In this document: piece by piece, positions 26,257 through 40,274 of the stretch
Position numbering within the stretch: the first letter of the stretch is position 1
Layout of the letters: each line of letters starts with the position of its first letter
Source: Octopus sinensis
Lineage: Eukaryota
Reading direction: 5' to 3'
Length of the DNA: 64,000 nt
NCBI RefSeq assembly: GCF_006345805.1
Contig: NC_043006.1
Coordinates: 92,442,001 to 92,506,000, forward strand
Made by a program: the position numbers and the translations under genes
The notes under the pieces: generated by a model
What the model was told of the DNA's origin: nothing
The model's input: the letters and a program-made list of their open reading frames with translations, nothing else
Database searches by the model: none

Positions 26257-27514
26257 TATGTATGTATGTATGTATGTTTTATGCATGTATATAATGAACT
26301 ATATAAAGAAGTAAAAAGAATATATTCATACGAGTGTATATGTTTCTATTTGCGTTTGGCTCCCAATCACTTGAAAGCCGATGTCGTTTATTGTAGTGAT
26401 ATATTTAAAACAAATATCAGAGTTGATTAACTCTAAAGTTTGGTGCTTTGATATTTCCTAATTGCTCATCAATGAAACAAGTAAATACGTGAAATGTGAT
26501 ATAGAATATGCTTAATTCATCCAGCAAAATACTCCGTTAAACTGGCAAATGCTCTCAAATATATAGGAATCATTGCAAATTTGGATTTATTTTTCAGAAC
26601 CGCCATTCAAATATTAATATAAACAGCAAATATTTTGCTTCGATTCTTTCTATTTATATTTCGATAATATAAAAAAATGAGATTATATGTTAGCGAGCAT
26701 ACATAGATTTGCATAGTTCCGCAGAGTTTTATACATATTTATAACACTGTAATGAATGTGCTACCTAAAGTTTAAAATGTCAACACCAATTTATCTTAAG
26801 TCAAATGTTTAATTAATCCAATATAAATTTTATGCATACAGTTTTGTACAGGAGGAATTTAATTTCCTATTTTGCATTTTCACCGGTTTAAAGGAAATCT
26901 CGATCACAAATATTTTAGAATGACAGATTGGAATGCTATTTTGATGAGATTGAATAAGGAAAAGCCAGTTACCGCAGATAATCATTAGATTCAACAATTT
27001 GCATATGCACCTACTTTAGAACAAATTGATCTTTATAAAGAGATACATAGATATATTTTACTCAAATGGCCAGCATGACATGTTTATATTGCATCTCATA
27101 TGCAAACTCTATAGATGTTAGCACAGAGATCACTAGCTTGGCAAAAGAAAACTACGGGTGGTATTTCATAGAGGTAACACAATCACACACGTACACACAT
27201 CATCATCTTACTCTCAGTCTCTCTGTGTATATGTGTATAAACGTATATGTATGTGTGTGTATGCATGTATATGTATATACATTTAGAGAGATAGAGAGAC
27301 AGAGTGACAAACTGACAGAGAGAGATATGGAGATGGAGTAGCTAAACATCAAGCTGCGACAGCCGCCTGAGCGTTCTCGACCAATCGGTGGCCAGCGTCC
27401 AATAGTAATCATTGACTCGCTTTAATCGAACTCTTGTTCAGACTCATTAGCCGAAGACTAGCTGCACGCTTGAAAATCAGAGTACCAAGGAGTTTCAACC
27501 AAACTCTTTGATCC

Positions 27515-27606
27515 GTACATAAATACATACATACATACATACATACATTCATTCATTCAAACATACATACATACATACTTACATACATACATACATACAT
27601 ACATAA
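27515..27606. repeat. (CATA)n/(CATT)n microsatellite
   Basis: Direct reading. Confidence 0.95.
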
Positions 27607-28448
27607 AGTTCGTAGCTAATTCCTCATCAGTCAACGTCCAAAAGATCCTTACAATTTCGCACTCTTTACCGTTGAGAATGTTCACTTCTGGTGGCACCTG
27701 CAGCAAAAGCCACTGGCAATTGCTAACAAATGTACAGGGCAATAAGCAAACGGGACAAAACTAATTATAATAATTATATATATATACAACAAAAAAATCC
27801 TTGCGTCTGTCTGATAGATGAATATGGGTTACGCAAAGGAACATGAAAATGCCCAGTAGGGCTAGACACGAAAGAAGGGCAGATTGAAATTGAGAATGAA
27901 GGAAGAAATACATAAAAAAAAATGAGACAATGCAGGGAAAAGGTGTAGGAGTGTAAAGAACCAGGATCGAAGTTGTGAACGCAACTGCAGAAAACGGATG
28001 GGAGTGGTTTAGGTCTATCCTACCCCTCTCTTTAATCTCCCATGCCACCTCTGTTACCATCTCCCTTAATATCCTCATTATTAATCCCCTCCCTCGTCCT
28101 TAACTAGCTCCCTTATCTCCTCTCACTCTTCCTTGTCTCAACACTCCTCGTAATCCCACCGGCCCTCCTACTTTCTCCCTCTAAACGAGTAGCTCTCCAC
28201 ATTCAACCATTCCATCTTTGAACTTCTTTGCATCAGGTTCTGAAATGTAAGATATGTTCTCCCCTGACGACGGGGGCACGACTAATACAATGTTGAATGT
28301 TTTAATTACGTCAGTATTTTGCGATGGAGCTGCATCTACCAATATCATAATGGATCTCCGAGCGCCCAGAAACAGCTCTTTGACTTGTAACACCTTCCCC
28401 TCCCCATCCTTTCATTTTCCGTGTCGTTTGTACTTTACGCACAATATT

Positions 28449-29031
28449 CGAGCTGGCAGAAACGTTAGCACGCCGGGTGAAATGCTTAGCGGTATTTCAC
28501 CTGTTGTTACGTTCTGAGTTCAAATTCCGCCGAGGTCGACTTTGCCTTTCATCCTTTCGGGGTCGATAAATTAAGTACCAGTTACGCACTGGGGTCGATG
28601 TAATCGACTTAATACCTATGTCTGTCCTTGTTTGTCCCCTCTGTGTTTAGCTCCTTGTGGGTAATAAAGAAATAGGTATTTCACCTGCTGTTACGTTCTG
28701 AGTTCAAATTCCACCGAGGTCGACTTTGCCTTTCATCCTTTCGGGGTCGATTAAATAAGTACCAGTTACGCACTGGGTCGATATAATCGACTTAATCCGT
28801 TTGTCTGTCCTTGTTTTTCCCTTCTGTGTTTAGCCCCTTGTGGGTAATAAAGAAATAGGTATTTTGTCTGCCGCTACGTTCTGAGTTCAGATTCCGCCGA
28901 GGTCGACTTTGCGTTTCATCCTTCTGGGGTCAATTAAATAAGTACCAGTTAATCACTGGGGTCGATGTGATCGACTTAATCAACTTGTTTGTCCCCTCTA
29001 TGTTTAGCCCCTTGTGGGTAATAAAGAAATA
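28449..29031 (+). mobile_element. SINE family C trimer: one head plus three tandem bodies (184, 183 and 174 bp)
   Basis: Head gagctggcagaaacgttagcac...; units start with ggtatt at 28491, 28675 and 28858 and end aataaagaaata; each holds the B box gagttcaaattcc and the core gcctttcatcctttcggggtcgat. Confidence 0.95.
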
Positions 29032-29723
29032 AATTAATATAAGTATCTATATACTTAAAGATTCATCGTCTGAAACACTCCCCTCTGCTTTCTCTCGTCT
29101 TGCATCTATACATATATACATATATTCTATTTTATACCCAAACTGTTATAATTAATATATCTAATTTGTTTATCCTTATAATTGCCTCCATATATGCTCA
29201 AATTGATCCTTCTGATAGCCATTCTTTACCCCGCGGTTTAATGCCCTGTAAAGACACCGGACTCTAAGTCTGAATCATCGTTCTAAATACATTCACACAT
29301 ACATATATCCATATACTCATACTCACACACGCGCATACACCCATATAAAACGTTCTAAAAATATAATGAAGAAATAATTCACGCATATAGATAAGTATCG
29401 TAACAAATGATTAATTCTATATAATTCCTTTTTATATTTTATAACTGTTATGTAATAAAATGTTAGTAATCGAGTGTAATCTGGAGGTGGTTCCTATGTT
29501 AATGTTGCAACATCACGACATCTTAGAATTAAAAGAAAGAAACTCCAACTTTCAAACTAGCGAGATAATTAATTTTACACTGCAAGGAAGAAACAGATTC
29601 AGCTTGGATGTCTGATACAGAGATTTGATGCTAAGTGACAGACGAAGAAAAGGAGAGAACAAAAAGTATAATTTTGTTCAATTTGCGACATAGTTGGTGC
29701 ATTGAAGAACATTTAATTCTCAC

Positions 29724-29777
<54 letters not shown>

Positions 29778-30137
29778 TTGTCTAATTGTTAGCACTCTCT
29801 TGATTAACGATGGACCACTCTCCGAAACACTGATGCTCTCTCTCTTTTTAATACGGTGTAAAATCAATCACCTTGAAATCCTATTTTCGCCCTATTTTAT
29901 TGCTTTTTTCAGCAATCTTCTTGGATATTATGTATACACATTTCAGGAATTGCTCAAACCAGATCCTTTATGGTAAATCCGTATCTCGAACCTCCCATCA
30001 TGAAAGTATTTCATGTATAAACACTATTTGGGTTTTTAAAGATATGCCAAGAAAATGTTAAGAGAAGCTAATGAAACACTGAATTGATTTTCTAATTGAA
30101 CTATTTCTAACATGTTTTTATCACAACATTCTTTAAG

Positions 30138-30139
<2 letters not shown>

Positions 30140-30186
<47 letters not shown>

Positions 30187-30252
30187 CTCGCTCTTTCTCT
30201 CTCTTTCTCTCTCTCTCTCTTAACCCCTCGCTCTCTCTCTCTCTCTCTCTCT
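30140..30252. repeat. (CT)n microsatellite with repeated interruptions
   Basis: Direct reading. Confidence 0.95.
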
Positions 30253-30304
30253 ATTTCAACAGACAAACATTCAGTTTAATTTTGAAGTTTTCACTCCAGC
30301 CTGT

Positions 30305-30599
30305 GGAGGCATATGGCCTAGTGGTTAGAGCAGCGGACTCGCGGTCGAGGGTTCGAATCTCAGACCGGGCCATGTGTGTGTTTATGAGCGAAACACCTAA
30401 GCTCCACACGACTCCGGCAGAAGTTAATGACAAACTTCTGCTGATTCTTTTACCACAACTTTCTCTCACTCTTTCCTCCTGTATCTTGCAGCTCACCTGC
30501 GACGGACCGGCGTCCCGTCCAAGTGGGGAACCTATACGCTAAGGAAACCGGGAAACCGGCCCTAATGAGCCAGGCGTGGCTCGAGAAGGAAAAAACAAC
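30305..30599 (+). mobile_element. tRNA-derived SINE family A, near full length
   Basis: A box TGGCCTAGTGG, B box GGTTCGAATC; matches 4983-5243. Confidence 0.92.
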
Positions 30600-33500
30600 T
30601 CCAATCTATTTCGCATTGGGTCGTGTTTCTAAAAGTTAATTATTATAGACCTGTTCTATAGTGAAACTACAAAAAATTATTTTTCCATCTTCTCGTGTAA
30701 TTTAGTTTGTATTCTATCATATTTCTAAACCATATTTAACAAGGCGCCCTTAAGCAGTCCCACACAAAATATTGCTTTCACCCTTCCTGTCTCGTCTATT
30801 CTTTTTACTATAATGATATCTTTTATTGCATTTCTAGTCTCTTTTTTTAAATATTATTTTTATCACTTTGTGTGGAAACTTGATAAATCCATTGCTCTAT
30901 CTAATTTCGATCTCTCTCTGAGACTAGTGACATACATTCACAGAAATGATAGACTAGAGCTCAGATTCATATGTTTCCTTGAAACAAACTTCAATGGCAA
31001 AAACTTATTTAAAATAAACTAAGATTACAACATGTTTCATCCTCTGATTTTCGTTCTAGTTTCATACTTGCTCTCTTGACATGGCATGCTTCCTCTCATT
31101 GTATCATTCCCCTTGTGATACAACTATATCCACGTATTGCACATTAAAGCAACGTAGGACTGCATTTAATATGTATATGTAATTGTGATTCAGAGAAATA
31201 TCTACTTCGGCCTTAATAATTCTATGTCAATTGTACGATGCAGTTCAAATGTTTGAATGCTCTCACATTGAATGAATTAAATTGCTGAAAGTCCAATATA
31301 ATGCAGTATGAATTATGCAATCAATACATTTAAAGTCGCTTCTATATTGATGTAGACATCGTTATGAAATTTTAACTCATAATGCTATTAAGGTAATATG
31401 GTTGACATGCCACATCATAATAAGGATAATTTAGTATTCTATAAAATATTCATGTTTCCTCCAACTTACTTGACACCTCATCCCATATATCACCACGTGT
31501 TGGTATTTTTCACTAAAGATACAAATTATCTCATTAGATATCAAGAGGACCTAACGAAGACAACCTGCTCTTACTGTTACAAATTAATGTTATATCTCGC
31601 ATTTAAACTATGTGTAATTAATGAACATTGTAATCCTGGTGGCTTTTAGTTTGCCACATTATACGCTGCTCACAAAGATCATATATATTTATCACTCAAA
31701 TATTGCCGAGGAGTTGGCAAAGTCTTACATTTGAATTGCATAAGTCGATTCATATTTGTAATCTTAAGCAAGGATTAACGTTAAAAATGATGAATACGCA
31801 TAATTAATTTCTTTGGCTGAATATCAAATAAAGAGAGACGTTTCAATACGTTTCGAGGGCATTCAGTGATGTGGAATTGGTTTTTATTACGTGTCAACTT
31901 TTTCTTCTTAATGTTAAAAGAACCTCTAGAATTTCATTGGTTTCCACTTGAGTAAATTATTGGCTTGCTGAAATTCTTTAGCTTCTGATAACAGATCCGA
32001 ATTACTGGCCTGGTTGGATATAATTATTAATGCAATACTTGTGTTAGACAAAGGATTTAAATGTTATGTGAAACAGAATGCTGGAATAAATACCAGGAAA
32101 TTTCTTTTATTTTAGTAATAACCTTCTGCCAGGACATTAACCTTTTAGGCAATAGGAGATCTCGTGAATAAAGAATATACAACACTGTTACAATCAAATA
32201 ATGATAAACACAATGTTTCTGTCATTCTATTTACAGGCAAATACCATAGTATTTACAATTGAATAACCAATTATAAGAGACTGCTTTGAAATTTATTTAG
32301 CATCTAGCCGTGGTACCCGTCGATACCTGAGAAGTTAATCGATACACAAACTGTATTTATGTAAATTTTGACAAGCGTTAGCAAATTTATGAGTAAAGAT
32401 TTCGGGTTTCTGTATCTTGGCAAAGAAGAAAGAATTATAACCAAATGGTCTCGTTTACTCACTTGTTCAGTCCGAAGGTTTGGGGAAGAACAATCTCCTT
32501 GGTTTTGACGTGTAATTCTACAAGTAAAAGACAATAAGTTTCCTCAAATCACCAAGTCATTACGGGTCAGTAGAATCATGAAAAATGCAGGAACTACTAA
32601 ACTGAGTTCAACATTTTCCAATAGTTGCAATTAAATTTTATTTGCGCACAGAGATAAATTGTTTCACACAGGAAATTGGAAACTTTGAAATTGCAATAGC
32701 AAACAAGTGACAAAATGAAAATCCTCAAATCAATTTTCTTTACATTATGGTGATATCCAGGACATGATGAACAATATTTCTGACGGTGAATCTCGTGCCT
32801 TTCAAAGCTTTGGAGGATATAGTTACAGAAATGTCATAACCGATGCTTTCTGCAGCAGTATCACATCGTGAAGAGGTATCTTGAGTTTAGATAATATTCC
32901 AAAATTCGATTGTTTACAATTTGTTTATCCAAAGTCACCAAGCGTTTTAATTTGAAGCAAGCTTGCGGTTACTATGTCCAGCAACATCTTTATAGTATTA
33001 TGTGCCTGCTATTCGTGCTCATTGCAGAAGACGCAAATGTTCACGAGAATAACATTAGCTACATTCGATTTTAAATTACTCAACGGTTAACCATTAGCAG
33101 ATGACAAGGTTTATTTCACATATGCTTTATATGAGCGAGTATTACTGGGTTGTGTTTTATAGTTAAATCTCCGCTGGGAAATAATAATGTTTCCTCGTGG
33201 AATTATACGTAGAGAGACAATGCTGTCTTCTAATAATCTATTTAGTTATATATTTAGTTCTATAAATGCTTTTGTGACTCGCTGCAAAATTCCACTCAAA
33301 CAACTGGTTCAAATCATTACTATTTTAATTTCTATACCTAAACTTCAATTCAGCTAATCTTGCAAAAATTTCCGTTCAGAAACTTCAACTTTTTTTTGAG
33401 ATCGTTTACCAAAGCATATTTTTATTTTTTATTTTTAAAATGTTTTTGACAAATCCAGTCTAAATAATTTTGACCCAAACACAAATAAATTCAATGTCAC

Positions 33501-34019
33501 TTCTTCGCTAATAGCTGCACTTATATCCCCTATCTGATTAATTTCCTAAACTAAAATAATCACATACGAACTGCTCTATAATTTCTGCTACGTTACTGAC
33601 GTGGATATGTGACGATTGCAATTCACATCGTCAAGAGTGCATGCTTTACAAAAACTCTATTCAATATACTAAATTACATCTCAGATATATTTTATCGATT
33701 TTAGCGCGTAGAATAATAAACTGAAAGTCCCAACTTAGATGAATGCAGCTAAATTAAAAATATATTTAATTGCCTCTACACGATTTCTTCGTCCGTGCAA
33801 CATTTCATATACACATAAAATCATTTAAGTGTTTACTGAAACCAAAACGAATTAGTTAAATACCATTAGAAGTATTAAAAATTTATAGAAGTAAAATATA
33901 TTTCCGTTGTAGTAAAGATATTAAAAAATCCTATTTAGCGAGAACATTTGAAAATGTTAGTTTAGTAATGATATATATAGCAGAAGAAACTATATAGTAG
34001 ATATGTATAGTAGAAGAGT

Positions 34020-34468
34020 GCTCCATTTCTCGTCCAGCTGCAATCATCAGCTGAAGACCGTGCCTCGACAAGATTTCGGTCCCATTTAGCTCAGTATCTC
34101 TCCACACGGTGTGCCCGCAACAGCTGGATATATTGCGTTGCAACTGGACTCATGATAGTTTTGTAGCCTTATCCGCATTCATAAATCTCCTGGTAATCCA
34201 AGCACTACCCTCAACTGCTTTCTCCACACATGGTTGTCCTCACAGCAGACACACCAGCCACTTTCAGAAACCTTCTGAGAGAAGCTGCTGGGAAACCAGC
34301 TCACAGATGTAACCCTTCTCCCGAATCTCAGCTACCAGCTCTTCATAGCCCAACAGCTTCCGCTCATGAGCTGCAGCAATGCTCTCCTCCCGTGGCACAG
34401 TAAGCTCCCCAAGGACCACACGTCGCTGACCCTCATCAGCCAAAGCCAATTCGGGGCGGGGTACCGAT
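34020..34468 (-). mobile_element. HERO/NeSL-like non-LTR retrotransposon, 3' fragment (RLE domain)
   Basis: RPELALADEGQRRVVLGELTVPREESIAAAHERKLLGYEELVAEIREKGY (cf. RPDxVL...ELTVPWEE....AxERKxxKYxxL), later EKAVEGSAWI. The clade assignment is from memory of the motif. Confidence 0.8.
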
Positions 34469-35083
34469 ACGACGAAGGGAGAAACTTATTATTGCAAACA
34501 TGGCAAAGACATTATTGTGGCTACTTTCCGAGAGTAAAGCCTCATAAAAAGCGGAACGTATCTATTTTATCTAAAACAAGCATGGCCAGACATTAATGTT
34601 TCGTCAAATGTCAAACATGTTTCTCTCAGGAACAGTTTTTTCTTTTTTATGCTTTATGTTTTATGTTTTATCAGTTTCAGCTCAAAGGTGTGGCCATGCT
34701 GGGGCACCGTCGTTTTGCTACACTGTTATTATTGAGAGCCTTCTCTGATCTGTGGCATTTGCTGAGAAAGGGTGTTTGATGTCGATACCCTCATTTGAGC
34801 AATTTAAAATGAATTTCAGTAAATGACATCTGCAAGTATAGAAGGGTGAAATATATTTAAGTAAAATACATTAGTTGGCAAAAAGATAGGGGATATTTGA
34901 TCCTCACTACAGCTTTTAAATAGTTTTCGTATATATTAACGTCAAAATGATTAACGTCGTATATACAATGTGTATGCAGCGTGATGTGCAATATAAAGTT
35001 GATTCTTTTCGTGAATGTTAAATATGATACACTTGCACCGCAGGATTAGAAAGGAGATGGGGATAACACTTCCACTAAGGGGA

Positions 35084-35156
35084 AACTACTACTACTATTA
35101 TTACTACTACTACTACTACTACTACTAACAACAACAACAACAACAACAACAATAAC

Positions 35157-35234
<78 letters not shown>
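35084..35234. repeat. (ACT)n-(ACA)n-(ATA)n compound trinucleotide repeat
   Basis: Direct reading. Confidence 0.98.
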
Positions 35235-35235
<1 letters not shown>

Positions 35236-37072
35236 TGTCGGCCTTAAACCAACCACTGCACACCGTCGTTCTTGTGGTGAAATGTCACTTTAGATGATTG
35301 AGCTTCAAGAAACAGTTATCTATCGGAAGACAAAATACTTCCGTTAATGGACATAATGTGAGAATAATTCCTATGAATACAACGAAAAGACAAATATATC
35401 AGCAAAAAATATAGAAAACAGTGAAATAGCAATATCTAACAATCACATTAGGGCTGAATCACTTGTAGTCAACGGTAAGAAGAAAATATGACAGAAAATA
35501 TAAACGTCAAACTAGTAAAAATACATCTGGTTCACCCAAAGCCATAGATGTACGTATCAGAATTGGATATTTACTTGCGTGGCTTTTATTGATACAAAAT
35601 AGCTCAACTTCCTTTGGAATCTTTGCATATTTTATCCCAATGTTTGAAATGGAATTGATAACATAGCTGAGGATATTAAACAGATTTTCGAGAATTTGTA
35701 ATCAGAATTCTGTTTCCATGTTATTGAGAGAAAAAAGAGCATGGTGTATTCTTTGCATATAAAATTTCTTAAAGAAGAAAATCACTCGTATTTGTATGTT
35801 TTATATTTCTAGAACGAATAGAACATTTTTTTTTTTATGTTTGAAGCAAACATCTAATCAAATAAATAGAAATGAATTCATAGCTGAGATAAAAAAAGCA
35901 CATCTTTGCTATTCCTATTTTATCGATTATGAATAGTTTGATCATTGATACCACTAGAATCTCTCCCCTTTATTTTCCTCTTGGAATTCTAGCCTCACTA
36001 CTCTCCATATATTTCCGTCCCTCGATCAATCTCACTGGCTGTTATTTTTTAAAAATATATATTACCATATTTTTCTGATATATTCATATCGCATTCATGC
36101 TTTAGTTGAATTGTGCATATAGGTTTTGATGGATGCATGCTATAACCAAATTATCCCACTAAATTCGATTTTGAATAGTGATGAAGGGAAACCCTAAATT
36201 CTAAAGTAATAAAGTCAAGTTTCAAATACTAAGTCTACCATTATTGTTTGTCAATATACAATAGTTTTTCGATAAAATGACGAGGAAATAAATTATTATG
36301 CCAGAGATTTATTTTGCAAAGCAGATAAGTTACTTGAAATAAATACATTTTGAAGCGACAAAACCGAAGAGATGACATTGATACACATCTCTTTTATAAA
36401 TTCCATGGAACGTAAAAAAAAAACATTGCTATTTAATTCCATCGCAACGCCGATTGTGCAGTTTTAAGATCAAATGCTTATCGTATCTTTCTTGAAGGAA
36501 ACTTATACAGCACACCGCCTGTGTTCTTTCCAAATAAAAGCAATGTACCAGAAAGAAATAGTTGTTCTCTCTAACGTGTAATTATATATTATGGCTAACA
36601 AAACTAAAGATTCATTGACAGAATTTTTCATATTCCAAATATAATCTTCTTGAAAAGGATCAGAAAACAAAGACTAAAAATCACAACGTGTATGTCATAA
36701 CGTGGAGTATAGAATCATATTCATGACTATAAACAAATTAATGTTTAAGTTTTATATTATTTAACGGATGGGATTTCACTTAAATGTCTTATTTTGGGAC
36801 GTAATCATGCAAGAAATGGGGGATCAGAATAAAGAAATACCGAAAGGAATTAGAAAGAATAATGAATGAATTGGTTTCTAAGATATTGTAAATATAAAGA
36901 CTGATTACATTTGGAGTGCTTGTTTTAAATAGGGGCAAAGGCACGGAATATTTCTGTATTTAATTTTCTAAACGTCTTCAGCATTTTTACCATTTTTATA
37001 TTATATATTTACTTTATATTTATAAACTGTATAATTTCCTCCACCACAAAGAGTTACAATAAATCTGACGCT

Positions 37073-37105
<33 letters not shown>

Positions 37106-37149
37106 TATATATAATATATATATAAAATATACATACGTACATACATATG

Positions 37150-37222
<73 letters not shown>
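37073..37222. repeat. (TA)n/(CA)n compound microsatellite
   Basis: Direct reading. Confidence 0.97.
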
Positions 37223-37223
<1 letters not shown>

Positions 37224-37560
37224 AGAATTTTTGCGTAATGAGATAAGGCTGTGTATATATTAGAACATTTATAGATATAAGGTCCTACAGCCGTTTCTAG
37301 GATATTTATTTATCATATCCATTCAATGGAGACGGTTTGAGAAGATGGTTAAGTTATAGTTAGGATACAAAATAAATAGTGAGGTGGAGGAAAAAAAATA
37401 GAAGTGAGATATCTCACTCGGTCACTCACTCGCTCGCTCTCACTCTCAGGCACATGCAAACACACACGTCCATTTCATATACACCTTTCACTTCTTCAAC
37501 TATTTCACTCTCTGCTCCCACTTCAAAACAAATGTCACCTTTTCACTTTCTCCTCCCTTT

Positions 37561-37638
37561 CAATTTCAGCTTCAATTGTACTTTGAAGATCAAAGCACAA
37601 TTTCAGCTTCAATTTGTGCTTTGATCTTCAAAGCACAA
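37561..37638. repeat. 37/38-bp tandem duplication with loop micro-inversion, also forming a 25-bp inverted repeat
   Basis: Units 37561-37597 and 37598-37635; arms 37576-37600 and 37614-37638 are complementary at 24 of 25 positions. Confidence 0.9.
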
Positions 37639-38915
37639 AGAAATGAGAACATTTTTACGGAAATTAACGAACAATCATATGATCTAATATGATCGACCAT
37701 ATAATTGAGTTAGCATCTTTGCTGCTTCAAAGAAAAGAATGCCATAAAATAATGGCAGACATACACACACTAGGTAAAACTTCTGTACAAATTATGCTAT
37801 TTCTTGTTGTTTTGCACGCGCAAAATGGTACTAGTGTTTTCTATAGAGCTGAGGACAGAATTTCCGTTTATTATAAGAAGAAGCCTGTGCTGTATTACGG
37901 TAGTTTTTAACCTTGTCTGCGTTCATTAGTACGCATGTGCATGTAGTTTGGTACGTATGCGTTTGTTTACTCGTAAAGGTAATCTGATTGGTCTTCATTA
38001 AAATAAAACTGCAGATAATAATACCGAAGAGTATCCAAGATTACTTATATCATTCAACAAGAAATTATATCTATATTCGTTATTTAATGTAGGAACACAG
38101 CTGATCCTACTTTTTAAAAATATTAACTGAAAATAGATTTATTTTTGATATATTATAAAACAAACAGGCAAACTATTAGCAAACGCGAACATTTCCAAAT
38201 AGGTATCTGTGAAATATGCAGATATGATTCAGAATATTTGGAATGTTGTCAAGGTAAATTGCAATGCAGTTTTGGTATTTTTCTTAAATAAGAATTCATA
38301 ACATTGGCACAAGGCCACACACGCACATACACAAACACACACGCGCACACTCACACGCATGCACACACACACACACGAACGCTCACACGCATGCACACAT
38401 ACACACACACAGACACACTTTGAGTTGTTATATCATTATGTGTGTAGTTACAGGAAAATAATTATATTAGGAAAATATATTTATAAACGTCTTTACATTT
38501 GAAACTTTTCGATAAATGTATAAATATAGATAAGAAAAAATATTGATATCTACGATTATTCTACAAATTGCGTCTTATATTTTGCTGCTTCCTTTATTTA
38601 ATAATTTCAGGTAAAAATATATTTCGGGTGTGATGAAAATATATTGTAAACAAGTGAATGATAACACCTGAAAAGAAAAAGAACTTCAGATTACAGCGGT
38701 AGTAACTGTATATGTAAGATACACACAAAGCTAGCGATGTTGCTTGAGAGGCATCTTCAAATGATACGACCCTGTAAGAATAAAATGCAGAGCGGTACTG
38801 TGAGAAATTTGAACACATAGCGTATAAATTTAACGAAATACAAACTGCCTCTACCAACTACAATGTAGTAGTGAAATATTTATGTAGGATATAGAAATAC
38901 ATTTCAAATAGATTC

Positions 38916-39066
38916 AGACGTGGCTGTGAGATTAAGAACTTCGCTTTGTAACCACTTGGTCGCAGGTTCAGTCCCACTGGGTGGCATTTTCATCAAGTGC
39001 CTACTGTAGGGTCCCACCAATACCTTCGGAGTGAATTTTGTGGAAGGAAACTGTGCGGAAGAAGCA
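38916..39066 (+). mobile_element. SINE family D, diverged 5' half
   Basis: gtggctgtg...ggttcagtcccactg...gaaggaaactgtgcggaagaagc. Confidence 0.7.
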
Positions 39067-39183
39067 CACGCTCATATATGTAGTTAAATGTTTACTAACT
39101 CCGAAAGACTCCGTTATGAGTTAAACAGCGACCTTTATTTGTTGCTTTTTCCTGCTTTCTTCTTTGACTGTCATAAAATGTCT

Positions 39184-39214
<31 letters not shown>

Positions 39215-40190
39215 ATATATATATATATATGTATGTATGTATGAAGAAGGGTGTTTGTTATGCCCAGTCAGTGAGGGATAATCGGTTTCGCACTTACAAA
39301 ACGCTTATATACACTTTGTGAATATATAGAGTGGGTGTGTGCGTTAGATAATTACAATTGTTTTTGACAGCTGAGTTCCTCTAAATCAGTTAAGACCTGA
39401 AGCATTCATTTAAATGACAATGAATGATTCGACATTCTCCCATAAGTAGCTATTGATAACTGTATAATTAACGTAAATATCCGTAAATACAATAATTTTG
39501 TAATTATCAAAATAAGTAATTGTATGCTGGGGATCTTTTGATTTGTAAAAGATGCATAAATTCAATCGACAACTGTATTTTGAAATATTAAGATAATGTA
39601 TTTTACAAAAAGTAGCTTTAGGAGTGAAACTATTTGAATTATGGGTGAAAAAATAGGTAAAAATAGTTATGAACTAATATTTACTTTAGGGAGCAATAAT
39701 TAAAAAAAGGAATATTTTGGGAACGACGCTAAAATATATCACGTAGAGAACCTGTAATTATTTGCACAAAAAGAAACGACAAACACAAATAAGTAAGCAT
39801 TACAAATAAGAGAAGAAAATAACATTCTTCTTCTCTTCAAGAGTCAGGAACTGAATATTTAACGGGTGCTACACTAATCAGACATCATTAATATTATCGT
39901 AACCTCACAAAGTTTTCAAAACCACAGAGAAGGTTTAGTTCATAGTTAATAAAAAAAGTATATCATTAGCATCTTAATCTAGCGTCTCGTTCAGTTACTG
40001 CTTCTGTTTTTCTCTTTCCCAAATCTTTGCATCAACTCTTGTCGCTGGACTTTAAACTCACCTTTATACTCACCTTTATACTCTTGGTTTCTCCTAATTG
40101 CATTTTTAAATTGTAACTTCATTGTATGAATGTTTGGGCTCCATACCTGTTACTCGGTTTTATACTTCACGCCCTGCAAATATTCTGAAG

Positions 40191-40274
<84 letters not shown>

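Noticed and set aside
27340-27760. Two GC-richer segments around (CATA)n with ctgatgag/ctaatgag motifs on the minus strand
   Set aside because: No GAAA core or consistent helices; the origin is unassignable by eye.
28491-29031. Regularly spaced repeats superficially like a CRISPR or satellite array
   Set aside because: The units are whole SINE bodies with no unique spacers; eukaryotic context and no cas genes.
30305-30380. tRNA-like sequences with A and B boxes (also 4983, 7460-7532, 19390-19458)
   Set aside because: No complete cloverleaf or acceptor stem, and each continues into a SINE body; not tRNA genes.
32700-33120. Possible very old LINE RT remnant (similar A-rich tracts at 4080-4950 and 22600-23250)
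   Set aside because: No motif clear enough to support a call.
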